This document shows positions 29,911-39,545 of a stretch of DNA of 64,000 bases, in pieces. The stretch covers positions 608 through 64,607 of the forward strand of contig JBOIBN010000003.1 in the NCBI GenBank assembly GCA_050739575.1, read 5' to 3'. The DNA is from Gammaproteobacteria bacterium. GTDB lineage: Bacteria; Pseudomonadota; Gammaproteobacteria; JAKDMP01. Every line of letters begins with the position of its first letter. Position 1 is the first letter of the stretch. Made by a program: the position numbers and the translations under genes. The notes under the pieces were generated by a model. The model worked only from the letters and a program-made list of their open reading frames with translations. It was not told the DNA's origin and did not search any database.

Positions 29911-30371
29911 TGCGCCTCTCGCGCCTTGGCCTGTGCCCGATGCAGCGCTTGGCGAACATCGTGCTTGAGTTTGTCCATGAGCGGCGGCGGAATCCGGAAA
30001 CCTTGCGGTTCATTGGGATTCAGGCGAATGCCGGCACCCTCCGGAACCTGCAGCAGCGCCCAGGAACTGGCGGTCTCGAAGGGGGCGAATTGCCCGTCCT
30101 GAACATTTTCACGGCAGAACTTCTCGGCGCGTGCGGGGCGACTGAAAAGCGCCAGCATGGGTTGCTCCTGATTGCTGCCGTCGGAAACGATCAGCAGTTT
30201 GCGGCCGACCGGAGGAGGGACGTCGACTTCTTCCCACGGCGGACTCACGGCGACAGTTACATGCTCGGTTGCGAGCGCGATGAAGAAGTCGCTGTACCAT
30301 TGCGGGTCTTCGGCATAGCTGTTCAGCAATTGTTCCAAGCGGTTGGGCGGCGTCTCGTCGTCGGGGGTCAT
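29907..30371 (-). CDS. hypothetical 154-aa protein embedded between sulfotransferase paralogs
   Basis: ORF with ATGA overlap onto the downstream sulfotransferase start. No recognisable catalytic motif. Acidic N-terminus. Confidence 0.5.
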   Translation of the reverse strand: MTPDDETPPNRLEQLLNSYAEDPQWYSDFFIALATEHVTVAVSPPWEEVDVPPPVGRKLLIVSDGSNQEQPMLALFSRPARAEKFCRENVQDGQFAPFETASSWALLQVPEGAGIRLNPNEPQGFRIPPPLMDKLKHDVRQALHRAQAKAREAQ

Positions 30372-30461
30372 CCGTTGTAATCGGTTGGATCGTGAGAGCG
30401 ACTTATTATAGTTGGATCAACCGGTTTCGCGGCCGCTGACTGCGGGCGGATCACTTATCCA

Positions 30462-32234
30462 TCACTTTGCTTCGGACGCGAGGCTCGCGGCCAGTTCCGC
30501 CTCGTAGGCGGCGATGTCGTCGGCGAGTCGCGCGGCGACCGGGGCGAGCAGTTCCCGATAATGTTCATGTCGTTCGATCCCGCGCCGATCGAGCGGCCGG
30601 CGTACCTGGGTGATGCTTGCAGTGCTCACGGGCCGTTCGAGCCGGTAGAACTCCAGGCAGACAGGCTCGAACGCGAGCCCGATGTAATCGAAGATACGAC
30701 GCAATTCGCATTCGGGGTTCGTGACGAGGGTCTCGTAGAAAACTTCAATGTAGGCCTCGGGCACGGTTTTATGCCAATGCGCCATCAGCTCCCGATAGGC
30801 CCGGTAGTAGCGCATGAAGTCATGCAGGTCGTAGCCGTACTCGAGACCGTAACCGAAAAGTTGGCGGTAAAGTCCGAGGGCGGTTGCCAGCGGATGGCGG
30901 CGGACGTGCACGATCCGCGCCGCGGGCAGCATCAGGTGTATCAGCCCGATGTAGAGAAAATTGCCCAGGTTCTTGTCGGTGAATAAAGGAGTGGTGGAAT
31001 GCAGGGTACTCGTGGCCTGCGCGTAACGCCGGGCGGCATCAAGAAGGTCGTGCCGCGCCTGCTGCGAAGCGCTGCCGGAAACGCCGGCGTATGTCCCCCA
31101 GCGTCGACTGAGGTCGTCGGCGATCAGAGTCATCTGGTTGAGTTCGCCTCCGCCCTTCACTTGTGAATGCGAGGCCAGCATTTGTTCCACGAGGGTGGAA
31201 CCCGAACGCGGCAAGCTGGTGATAAAAACAGGCCGAATGCTCCGATACGCCGTCTGACCGAGTTGCTCGATGCGCTCGGCGGTAAAAAATCCGGCGATAC
31301 GCTGCATCAGGGCTTCATCGCGGGCCACGTCGTAGTGGCTGTGCTTGCGGTGCAGCGTATTGCCTTCCTGCAGGCATTGCGCCGCACGCGGGTAATCCTC
31401 GATGTCCTCATAAACCTTGGCGAGCGCGAAAAGACAGTCTTCGCGCACCCTTGGAGATTCTCGCCCGAGCGCCGTCCGGCGTCGTTCGAGTAGCGCAATG
31501 ATCGGATCGTTGCGGGAGACCTGCCGCAACTGCACCAGGGTGAGCCAGGCGGGAAAATCGGGGTTCGCATCGAGCAGCGCCCGGACTTCCCGCTCGGCAT
31601 CGTCCTCCTGTCCCAGAATGCGTTTGAGTCGTGCGAGGCCGAGACGCGCGGCAATGTGCCGGGGGTTCAGTTCCAGGGCCTCGAGCAGCGGACGCCCCGC
31701 CTCCTCGTACTGCTCCCGGACAATCAGCAGTTGCGCGTAGGTGACGAGCGCGGGAACGTTTTGCGGGGCGACGGCCAGCAGCTCGCGGACGAGTGTGAGC
31801 GCCGCTTCTTCTTCCATGTTTCGGTACAGGGCCTCGGCCAGTCCCGCCCGGGCGGCGATCAGCTTCGGCCGCAGGCGCAGGGCCTGCCGGAACGCGTCGC
31901 GCGCGAGCGCGGGTTCGGCCAGATCCAGCCGGACGCGTCCGAGCCCGACCCAGGCCGCGGCGGCGGTGCCAGCGTCGGGGGCCAAATGACAGGCGAGCGT
32001 GAAATGTTCACGCGCCTGGAGAGTTGCGCCGAGAAACAGTGCGGCCATGCCCGCGAGTTGGTGGTTCGCGCAGGAGCCAGGTTGATTCCGGCAGGCTTCC
32101 GTGGCGTATTCCAGGGCGTCGCGAGGATCGTCGCGACGCAGCGCCAAGGCCGCCTGTCGCGCCAGCCCCGTCAATGCCTCCGGACTCATCGAGTTTCCCG
32201 TGTCCATGTCTGTTTGCGGGGCAGCGTTCCGCAT
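30462..32234 (-). CDS. TPR-repeat / sulfotransferase fusion protein (subfamily B, copy 2)
   Basis: TPR N-half. 5'-PSB motif VFITSLPRSGSTLVEQ. Start codon choice (32234/32207/32189) is uncertain. Confidence 0.8.
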   Translation of the reverse strand: MRNAAPQTDMDTGNSMSPEALTGLARQAALALRRDDPRDALEYATEACRNQPGSCANHQLAGMAALFLGATLQAREHFTLACHLAPDAGTAAAAWVGLGRVRLDLAEPALARDAFRQALRLRPKLIAARAGLAEALYRNMEEEAALTLVRELLAVAPQNVPALVTYAQLLIVREQYEEAGRPLLEALELNPRHIAARLGLARLKRILGQEDDAEREVRALLDANPDFPAWLTLVQLRQVSRNDPIIALLERRRTALGRESPRVREDCLFALAKVYEDIEDYPRAAQCLQEGNTLHRKHSHYDVARDEALMQRIAGFFTAERIEQLGQTAYRSIRPVFITSLPRSGSTLVEQMLASHSQVKGGGELNQMTLIADDLSRRWGTYAGVSGSASQQARHDLLDAARRYAQATSTLHSTTPLFTDKNLGNFLYIGLIHLMLPAARIVHVRRHPLATALGLYRQLFGYGLEYGYDLHDFMRYYRAYRELMAHWHKTVPEAYIEVFYETLVTNPECELRRIFDYIGLAFEPVCLEFYRLERPVSTASITQVRRPLDRRGIERHEHYRELLAPVAARLADDIAAYEAELAASLASEAK

Positions 32235-32237
32235 GCT

Positions 32238-34073
32238 TCAAGATACCGCTTCGTCGTCCCGGACGGGCGAATGTTTCTCCCCCGACGGATTCAACGGTGC
32301 CGCCGCCGAGGGCTGCTGCAGCGCCTTGCGCAGGGGCTCGAGATGACGTTCGAAGTGGCGCCAGCGCCCCTGTGCGCTGCGATATACGGGTTGGCGCGCC
32401 TGCCACAGGCTCGCGGTCCGGATCAGGAGGCGTTCCCGATAGCGTTCGAGGCAGTCCTCCTCCCACGGCAAGTCTAGCGCCACCATCAGGTCGCGCAGTG
32501 CCTGCTCGGGCTCCGCAACCAGCCGTTCGTAGCGTACCTCGATAAGACGTTTGGCGCCCAAAGTTCTGCGCCAATGCACCATGAGCGCTTCGTAGAAGAG
32601 ATAGAACTCGCCCAGCGTGGCCAGCTCGTTGCTGAAGGAATGGCCCTGGCCGAAGGCGGTGGCGAAGCAGGAAAAGCAATTATCAAGAGGGTCGCGGCGC
32701 ACATGCACGATGGCGGCGCGGGGAAAGCACAGGTGCAGCAGTGCGACCAGCATGAAATTGGTGGGCATCTTGTCGGTAATGCGCGCGCCGTCCGGGGCGA
32801 GTGTCTCGAGGCCGCGCCGCCACTCCCCGGCGATGTCGGCGAGTTGCGCGTCGCTGCGCGACGCCAGCCATTCCCCAACCCGCTCCTTGGCATTCACGCG
32901 TCCAGCGCGACGGCGCAGCAAATCGTGCACCCAGTGCATCTCGCCGCCGGCATGGACCGTGCTGTGCGCCGCGAGCAGGCTTTCGGTCAGGGTGGTGCCC
33001 GAGCGCGGCATGCCGAGCACGAAGATCGGCCGCGTCGTAGAATCGCCGATGCGCCCGGCGCGGGCGGCGAAGTCCTTGCCGAGATACGCTATGATGCCGC
33101 GGAAATAGTCAATCTGACCGTCCCGGTCGTAGGGCAGCTCGTGCGCCCGACGGACGTTGGCTTCGGCGTAGGCGGTGAAGGCGCCGTCGTAGTCGCCGGC
33201 CGCTTCCCGGCACATGCCGAGCGCAAAGTAAAGCGGCGAGGCCGCGGGATCGGCCCCCGCCTCGTGCGTCGCCGCCACCAGTCCGGACATCAAATCGGAG
33301 GCCGCGCGATCGCGGCACCCCAGCACCCGATTCAGCCACGCCTCGTAGCAGCTCCGATCGGCTTCCAGAGCCCGCCGTGCCAAGCGTTCGCCCTCGGCAA
33401 AATTGCCCCGCTGCCCGGCGAGGGAACCGAGTGCGCAAATCGCCGAGGCACAGCGCGGATCGAGCGCGAGCGCGTGACGATAACTGGATTCGGCCTGATC
33501 GGCGAGGCCCAGGCGCTCCTCGATCTCGGCGCGGTGCAACCAGGGTTCGGGATCACGGGGAGCCAGGTTCGCGGCCCGGGCGTAGGCCGCGAGCGCGCAC
33601 TCCCAGTCCGCAGCCTGCTCGTGACAGCTGCCGCTCAGCGTCCACAGTTGGGCCGCATCGGGATAGCGCGCGAGCAGGTGTGCAAAGGGCTCGCGCAGTT
33701 CGTCGGCCCGATCCTGTGCGATGCGGATCAGGGCGAGCTGAATCCATGCGGGCGGGTGCATGGGGGCGAGCGCGAGGACATGCGCGAGCTGCCGTTCCGC
33801 GGCCTCGGGCTCTCCGGTCTCACGCAGCATGCGGGCGAGATTGGTCAGGACGGAGATCTCGTCGGGCGCGAGCCGCGCGGCGCGTTCCATGAAGCGGCGT
33901 GCCGTGCGAGCGTGCCCCCGCTCATAGATCAGGAGCGCATAAAAGTGCCAGGCCTCGACGCAGCGCGGATCGGCGCGCAGGATACGACAGTAGCCGGCGG
34001 CCGCCGGGCGCCAGCGTCCGGCGCGCTGCCAGGCCAGCAGCCGCTGCAGATTCTCCCCGGCCCCGGCCCTCAC
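32238..34073 (-). CDS. TPR-repeat / sulfotransferase fusion protein (subfamily A, copy 2)
   Basis: TPR N-half. 5'-PSB motif IFVLGMPRSGTTLTES. Its stop lies 3 nt before the next gene's start. Confidence 0.8.
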   Translation of the reverse strand: MRAGAGENLQRLLAWQRAGRWRPAAAGYCRILRADPRCVEAWHFYALLIYERGHARTARRFMERAARLAPDEISVLTNLARMLRETGEPEAAERQLAHVLALAPMHPPAWIQLALIRIAQDRADELREPFAHLLARYPDAAQLWTLSGSCHEQAADWECALAAYARAANLAPRDPEPWLHRAEIEERLGLADQAESSYRHALALDPRCASAICALGSLAGQRGNFAEGERLARRALEADRSCYEAWLNRVLGCRDRAASDLMSGLVAATHEAGADPAASPLYFALGMCREAAGDYDGAFTAYAEANVRRAHELPYDRDGQIDYFRGIIAYLGKDFAARAGRIGDSTTRPIFVLGMPRSGTTLTESLLAAHSTVHAGGEMHWVHDLLRRRAGRVNAKERVGEWLASRSDAQLADIAGEWRRGLETLAPDGARITDKMPTNFMLVALLHLCFPRAAIVHVRRDPLDNCFSCFATAFGQGHSFSNELATLGEFYLFYEALMVHWRRTLGAKRLIEVRYERLVAEPEQALRDLMVALDLPWEEDCLERYRERLLIRTASLWQARQPVYRSAQGRWRHFERHLEPLRKALQQPSAAAPLNPSGEKHSPVRDDEAVS

Positions 34074-34467
34074 GCCCGCTCCGTCCTTGAGTGTTTCGTG
34101 GAGCTGAAATCATAGCCGTTTACCGCTCGTGTCGATTGTTGCTGACACACAACAGTTCGTTATCGAAGCGGAGTCGGACCTATGTCGGACGCTTTCGGTT
34201 TCGCGCCGGCGCGACGCATTTGCGGGCCTGCAAATAGCGAGCGATCAAGTGGCTGGCCGAATGGGGCCGCCCTGGCTCTCGTGACGAGCCACGCCGGACC
34301 GGATGTGGTAGCGATGCCACAAGGGCTTGCAAAACGTTTTTTTTGGTGCTAGGATTCGACTACCACGCTCGCGAGTAGGCACGTGTGTCCGTGCGAACCC
34401 CGCGACGCGGAAGCGGCAATAGGGCCGCGAAATTTGGTCAACCCTCTTAGCTGGGAGGATACTTGTA

Positions 34468-37400
34468 ATGAGTACCGAAACTTTACTTCGACAGGCCGTG
34501 AAGGGTGCTCTTGCGCTCGGATCGGCCGGCACCATGATCGGGGCGGGCGCGGCGCTCGCGCAGACCGCGGCACCGGCGGCTGGCACGAAACTGAGCAATA
34601 TCGTGGTCACCGGTTCGCATATTCCGCAGACCTCCATCGCCACGGCTCAACCGGTCATCACCATCAACCGTCAGGAGATTGACAACTCCGGATACACCTC
34701 CGTGGGCCAATTGCTGCAGAGCCTGAGCGCCGCCGGCCCGGCCTTGAACACCCAGTTCAACAACGGCGGTAACGGCAGCGTGTTTTTCGACCTGCACAAT
34801 CTCGGCTCGCAACGCGTGCTCGTCCTGGTCAACGGCCAGCGCTGGCTGCCGACCCTGGGCGGCAGCGTGGACGTGAGCACCATCCCGACCGCGATCGTGG
34901 ATCGCATCGAAGTGCTTATGGATGGCGCTTCCGCCGTGTACGGATCCGAGGCGATGGCGGGCGTCATCAACATCATCACTATCCAGAACTACAACGGCGC
35001 GCAAGCGGGCGTGTACACGGGCATTTACGATGGCAAGGGCGACGGCGGCGGCTGGGACGGCAAGGTCCAGGAGTACTACTTCACCGTCGGCACCTCGGGT
35101 GACCGCTCGGCCGTGATGCTGTCGGCGAGCTATCGCAACGCCAATCCGGTCTGGGCCGGGCAGCGTACGATCTCCAAGGAGCCCTACGCCGGCACCGGCA
35201 ATGAATTCGGCAGCTCCGGGTCGCCCAACGGCCGGTTCGTGTTCTACGATCCCAACTACGCCAGCTACGGCAACCCGGCGGCCTGCTCCAAGAGTGCGGC
35301 CTTAGGCTACCCGGGCTGTGATTTCACCGGGCCGATAAATCCGACAAATCCGTTCCAGTCGGCGCCCTTCACGCAGGGCTTCAACTACGCCCCGCAGAAC
35401 TATCTGCTGACGCCGCAGGAGCTGTACAGCATCTACTCGCAGGGCCACTACGACCTCACGGACAACATCACCTTCAACTTCACGACCACCTACCAGCGGC
35501 GCAATTCTTCGCAGGTGCTGGCGCCGAATCCGTGGTTCTTCGGTCTCGCGGGCACCGAGTTCGTCAACGGGCACGAAATCGGCGTCGCCGCCAACAACCC
35601 CTACAACCCCTTCGGCAAGGACCTGGTGCCGGGCTTCCCCTCCTACGGAAGCGGCGCCTACTTCTGCCAGAACTACGGCTCGCCGACCTGCTCGACCAAC
35701 TACGAAACCCTGTTCTTCTTCGGGCGCCGCCCGAACGAGGTGGGCAACCGCGTGTTCACGCAGAATGTCTCGACCTTCTACTTCAACGGCGGCTTCACCG
35801 GCTACTGGGAGATGTTCGGCAACGAGTGGAACTGGAACGCCAACTACATCTACGGCAATACCCTCGAGACCGATCTCACGACGGGTCTCGCGAGCACCAC
35901 GCAAATCGCCAACGCGCTGGGCACCCAATGCCCCACCAGTCCGGGCTGCGTTCCGCTAAATATCTTCGGCGGCGCCGGCACGATCACGAAACCGATGGCG
36001 AACTATGTGCTGTTCGATGCCCACGACATTACCTCGCAGACGCTGCGTGACTACAATGCCAACATCGGCGGCAGCTTTTTCAACGGCTGGTATGCCGGAC
36101 CTTGGGGCGCGGCAGCGGGCTATGAATACGACGAGTTCGACGGCTTCTTCCAGCCCGATGCACTGATTGCGGCGGGCAACACCGTCGGCAACGCGGTCAA
36201 GCCGACGAACGGGCGCGAGAAAACCGACGCCGAGTACGCCGAGTTGAACATCCCGCTGGCCTCCAACATGCCATTCGCCCGCGAACTCGGCATTGATATC
36301 GCCAACCGCTGGTCGCAGGCCACATGGAACGGTATCGGCTCGGTCTTCCAGAACGGCGCGATCGTCAATGAGCCGGCAAGCGGCAGCGCGAGCGACTCGA
36401 CCGGCCGTGTGACCTTCAAATGGAAGCCGATTGACCAGTTGCTGTTCCGGGGAACCTGGGCGGCGGGCTTCCGCATTCCCGCCATCTCGGATCTGTTCTC
36501 CGGGGCGGCCGACAACTACCCGTCCTTGGTTGATCCCTGTGCGCCGGGACCATTCGGCGGCTGGAACGGCATTCCGGCCGATCTTCCGCCCGGATGTAAT
36601 GGAATGAGGCATTCGCAGCCGAACGGACAGATCCACACCACTGTCGGCGGCAATCCGGCCCTGCAGCCGGAGAAGTCCATCTCCCAGAGCCTGGGCTTCG
36701 TGTGGAGTCCCGACTTTGTGCAGGGGCTCGACTTCAGCGCCGATTACTACAAGATCGTGGTGGTGAACCAGATCACGCGCCTGGGCGGACAGTTCTACCT
36801 GAACCAGTGCTACTACAACAGCGATCAGGCCGCCTGCAACAAAATCACGGTGGCGGGCGGCACGGTCCGCAACGTTACCGACACCGAGATCAATGCCGGT
36901 TCGTTCCACACCAACGGCTGGGACGTGGGTTTGAGGTACCAGTTGCCGACCACTCCGGTGGGCGATTTCACGGTGAACCTGAACATGAATTTCGTGAAGT
37001 TCCTGACGCTGTGCAGCAATTCCGGCGAATGCAGGAACGTCGCCGGTACCGGGTCGAGCTTCTCCGGGACCGCCAAGCACAAGTACAACCTGGGCGTGAA
37101 CTGGGATTACGGTCCGTGGGCGGCGACCTGGAATGTGTACCTGATCGGGGATCTGTACGAGCCGTGCAAGAACTCGGTTCGGTGGGATGCTGGCAATCCG
37201 ACCCATGCGGGCAATCCGTGGTGCTCGAACGTGGGTCCGGGTGCGGGTTATCCGACCGGCGAACCGACCAACCACCTCGGCACGACGGTGTACAACGACG
37301 TGCAGGGGTCCTATACGGTGTCGTCGTGGAACACGACCTTCACGCTCGGTATCCAGAACTTGTTCGACAAGTCGCCGCCGATTGCTGCTACTGCCTTCGG

Positions 37401-37476
37401 AAACAGCTTCTTCCCGTCGGGCGGATACCGGATACCCGGCCGCTTCTTCTACGGACGTGTGACCGTCAACTTCTAA
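34468..37476 (+). CDS. large (1002 aa) TonB-dependent outer-membrane receptor
   Basis: Signal peptide. Plug-domain motifs (IVVTGS, DRIEVL...GSEAMAGVINIITI). C-terminal beta-barrel terminating ...FFYGRVTVNF. Confidence 0.85.
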   Translation: MSTETLLRQAVKGALALGSAGTMIGAGAALAQTAAPAAGTKLSNIVVTGSHIPQTSIATAQPVITINRQEIDNSGYTSVGQLLQSLSAAGPALNTQFNNGGNGSVFFDLHNLGSQRVLVLVNGQRWLPTLGGSVDVSTIPTAIVDRIEVLMDGASAVYGSEAMAGVINIITIQNYNGAQAGVYTGIYDGKGDGGGWDGKVQEYYFTVGTSGDRSAVMLSASYRNANPVWAGQRTISKEPYAGTGNEFGSSGSPNGRFVFYDPNYASYGNPAACSKSAALGYPGCDFTGPINPTNPFQSAPFTQGFNYAPQNYLLTPQELYSIYSQGHYDLTDNITFNFTTTYQRRNSSQVLAPNPWFFGLAGTEFVNGHEIGVAANNPYNPFGKDLVPGFPSYGSGAYFCQNYGSPTCSTNYETLFFFGRRPNEVGNRVFTQNVSTFYFNGGFTGYWEMFGNEWNWNANYIYGNTLETDLTTGLASTTQIANALGTQCPTSPGCVPLNIFGGAGTITKPMANYVLFDAHDITSQTLRDYNANIGGSFFNGWYAGPWGAAAGYEYDEFDGFFQPDALIAAGNTVGNAVKPTNGREKTDAEYAELNIPLASNMPFARELGIDIANRWSQATWNGIGSVFQNGAIVNEPASGSASDSTGRVTFKWKPIDQLLFRGTWAAGFRIPAISDLFSGAADNYPSLVDPCAPGPFGGWNGIPADLPPGCNGMRHSQPNGQIHTTVGGNPALQPEKSISQSLGFVWSPDFVQGLDFSADYYKIVVVNQITRLGGQFYLNQCYYNSDQAACNKITVAGGTVRNVTDTEINAGSFHTNGWDVGLRYQLPTTPVGDFTVNLNMNFVKFLTLCSNSGECRNVAGTGSSFSGTAKHKYNLGVNWDYGPWAATWNVYLIGDLYEPCKNSVRWDAGNPTHAGNPWCSNVGPGAGYPTGEPTNHLGTTVYNDVQGSYTVSSWNTTFTLGIQNLFDKSPPIAATAFGNSFFPSGGYRIPGRFFYGRVTVNF

Positions 37477-37717
37477 CCAACGATCGGGACGTAACGACTC
37501 TCAGGCCCGCGGCCGCAAGACCGCGGGCCTTTTCTTTGGCTCGTTACCGCAGGAGCGGCGGTTCCCGCCGCGAATCTTCGCCAAACTCCGGTGCCGATTC
37601 ATCGCGGCGAAGACCGCCGCTCCTACAAAATGTCGGCATCACAGAACAGGTTGATGGCAAGCTGGAAACCAGTGAATGTTCTGCCGATTGCCGTGCATGA
37701 ATTCATTGCCGACGCCT

Positions 37718-38881
37718 TCACGCGCTGATGGGGCGGGCGCGAATCCACAGCGAGGCGAGCCATTTCTCGCCCGCCGCGACCGGTTCGCCGGCGTGCTGGC
37801 TGCGCGTCGCGGGTCGGCCCGCAGCGTCGAGATTGGCGAAGGTGAGCACGTCGCCCGGAATCGGCGCCACCCTGAGATCCAGATGTGGGAACAGGGTGCC
37901 GCCGCCCGCTTCGGGAGCGTTCAGATAGGCAAGTACGGTCGTGGCCCGTTCGCCTGCGTCGCGCAACGGGTCGCGAGCGAGCGCCGCCGGTCCGAGCCAG
38001 TCGTAGTGAGGCTTGTATTCCTGCCCGGGGAGATACCGTAATACCGCAAGCGGTTCGGCGCAGGCGGCAGTACGGCCCGCAAGCAGCGCCATGCGAGCGA
38101 CGATGCGCCGGGCGTAAACACTGGGTACGTAAGGTCCGAAGCACATCGTCTCGCCGGTGCGCGTGGGATCGGCGCGCGGGGCGCCCGTACGCGGATCCAG
38201 CACCAGCGATGGGGCGAGCCGCGATTGTGCGGTAGCCCGCAGCCACGCACACTCGAGCGGATCAAGCGCCTGGCCGAAACGCTCGATCCGCGGCTCTGCA
38301 TTCAGCAGTTCCGATGGGCCTTTGTTCTGATCAGCGCTCGCCCAATCGTCCGGAACGGGGGGCGGACCGTTCTGAGGCGTTTCGCCCGGTGGCAGAAGGG
38401 CCAGGAGCTCACGCGCCGACGGCGAATCGGGTGCCGCCACGGCAAGCCAAGCGCGAGCCGGTGCCAGCCCGGCGTCGCCGTACTCGCGCCAGATCAGCGC
38501 GAGTTCGGTTGCGGCCGTCGCCAGGCCCACTGCGGCGGCAACGGTGAGATCGTCGAGGGCCAACCGCGGTTCCGCCGCTCCGCCCACGCCCGCATAGCGC
38601 AGTTCCGCGCGCAGCAGCCGCGTCTCGGGCGGAAGTTTGTCCCCCGCAGCTTCCAGCCGCTTGCGGGCCTCGCGGGCGTCGCCGGGTATCCGGCGGTTGA
38701 GGAGCAGCCGGACGAGTTCGCCCAACGCCTCTTCGCTGCCGGCGTCCGCCGCCTGACGCAGGCGGGTTCCGCCGCGCACGGTGTAGCCGCGGGCGAGATC
38801 CGCACGCGCCGCCTCGAGCAGTTCCCGGGCATTCACAGCGTCAGCTCCGGGGTTCTGGACGCAGACGCAGGCCCGGTTCAT
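37718..38881 (-). CDS. prolyl-4-hydroxylase-like Fe(II)/2OG oxygenase with helical-repeat N-terminus
   Basis: P4Hc-type motifs PHYDW (HxD), GGGTLFPH, and a distal R. The start is uncertain (ATG 38881 or 38941). Confidence 0.7.
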   Translation of the reverse strand: MNRACVCVQNPGADAVNARELLEAARADLARGYTVRGGTRLRQAADAGSEEALGELVRLLLNRRIPGDAREARKRLEAAGDKLPPETRLLRAELRYAGVGGAAEPRLALDDLTVAAAVGLATAATELALIWREYGDAGLAPARAWLAVAAPDSPSARELLALLPPGETPQNGPPPVPDDWASADQNKGPSELLNAEPRIERFGQALDPLECAWLRATAQSRLAPSLVLDPRTGAPRADPTRTGETMCFGPYVPSVYARRIVARMALLAGRTAACAEPLAVLRYLPGQEYKPHYDWLGPAALARDPLRDAGERATTVLAYLNAPEAGGGTLFPHLDLRVAPIPGDVLTFANLDAAGRPATRSQHAGEPVAAGEKWLASLWIRARPISA

Positions 38882-39545
38882 CCACGGCTTGCCCGGCCTC
38901 GCGAACCCAGGCGTTGAAGGCGACGGTAATGCGCTCGTCATGTCCCCAGTAGGGCGTTACCTCGTGCAGCAACCAGGAGGGGAAGAGCAGCAGTTGGCCG
39001 GGCACGAGCTGAAACGCCACCGTGCCGTGACCATAGGGATCCTGCAAATGTGCATTGCCCGGATCGAGGTACATGGCGGGATTGGGCCGCGGATCGAGAA
39101 AACGCAAGACTCCGTTCTCGCTCTCTCCGGCGGGCGTTTCACCCGGCGCGACGCAGTAAACGCCTGACCATGAGGCCATCGGATGATTGTGGCTTGCGGT
39201 ATAGCCGCCGCGGCGGGTGATGTGATACCAACTATGATGGTAGATGCGCAGGCCTTGCATTTCGGCCGGGGTATAGCGGTTGATGCGCATGATGAGGTCG
39301 GCCAGCAGGGACAGACAGGATTGCGAGAGTTCGGCGATCACAGGGTCATTGCGATAGAAGAGCGAAAAATCGCTCTCGTAAACCGCATGTTTCGGCACCG
39401 GGGTTGGAGCGCTCGTGCGCTCGCCTTCATCGCGTTCCCAGGCGAGGAACCGTTCGCGCAGCAGCGAATTGAGCCGTCCGGCTTGCGGCAGAATCGTGTC
39501 CGCGATGGGAACCGCGAAGCACGGCCGTAGGGTGGTTGGTGCCAT
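38841..39545 (-). CDS. TIGR02466 / 2OG-FeII_Oxy_5-family putative oxygenase (copy 1)
   Basis: SHNHPMASWSGVYCV...LLLFPSWLLHEV signature. ~234 aa. Confidence 0.7.
   Translation of the reverse strand: MAPTTLRPCFAVPIADTILPQAGRLNSLLRERFLAWERDEGERTSAPTPVPKHAVYESDFSLFYRNDPVIAELSQSCLSLLADLIMRINRYTPAEMQGLRIYHHSWYHITRRGGYTASHNHPMASWSGVYCVAPGETPAGESENGVLRFLDPRPNPAMYLDPGNAHLQDPYGHGTVAFQLVPGQLLLFPSWLLHEVTPYWGHDERITVAFNAWVREAGQAVDEPGLRLRPEPRS

Noticed and set aside
26502-34115. 610-aa, 456-aa and 513-aa plus-strand ORFs opposite the sulfotransferase genes
   Set aside because: Antisense shadows of the sulfotransferase CDSs with no motifs. The sense frames carry PRSG(S/T)T PAPS-binding motifs.
34245-34643. 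132-aa minus-strand ORF in the sulfotransferase/TonB-dependent-receptor intergenic region, considered as a possible precursor peptide
   Set aside because: It overlaps the receptor signal peptide in antisense and has no RBS or start context. It is treated as a non-coding promoter region.
35956-37275. 439-aa minus-strand ORF inside the TonB-dependent receptor gene
   Set aside because: Antisense to a gene with plug/barrel signatures and a canonical C-terminal Phe. The sequence is Arg/Gly/Val-rich noise.
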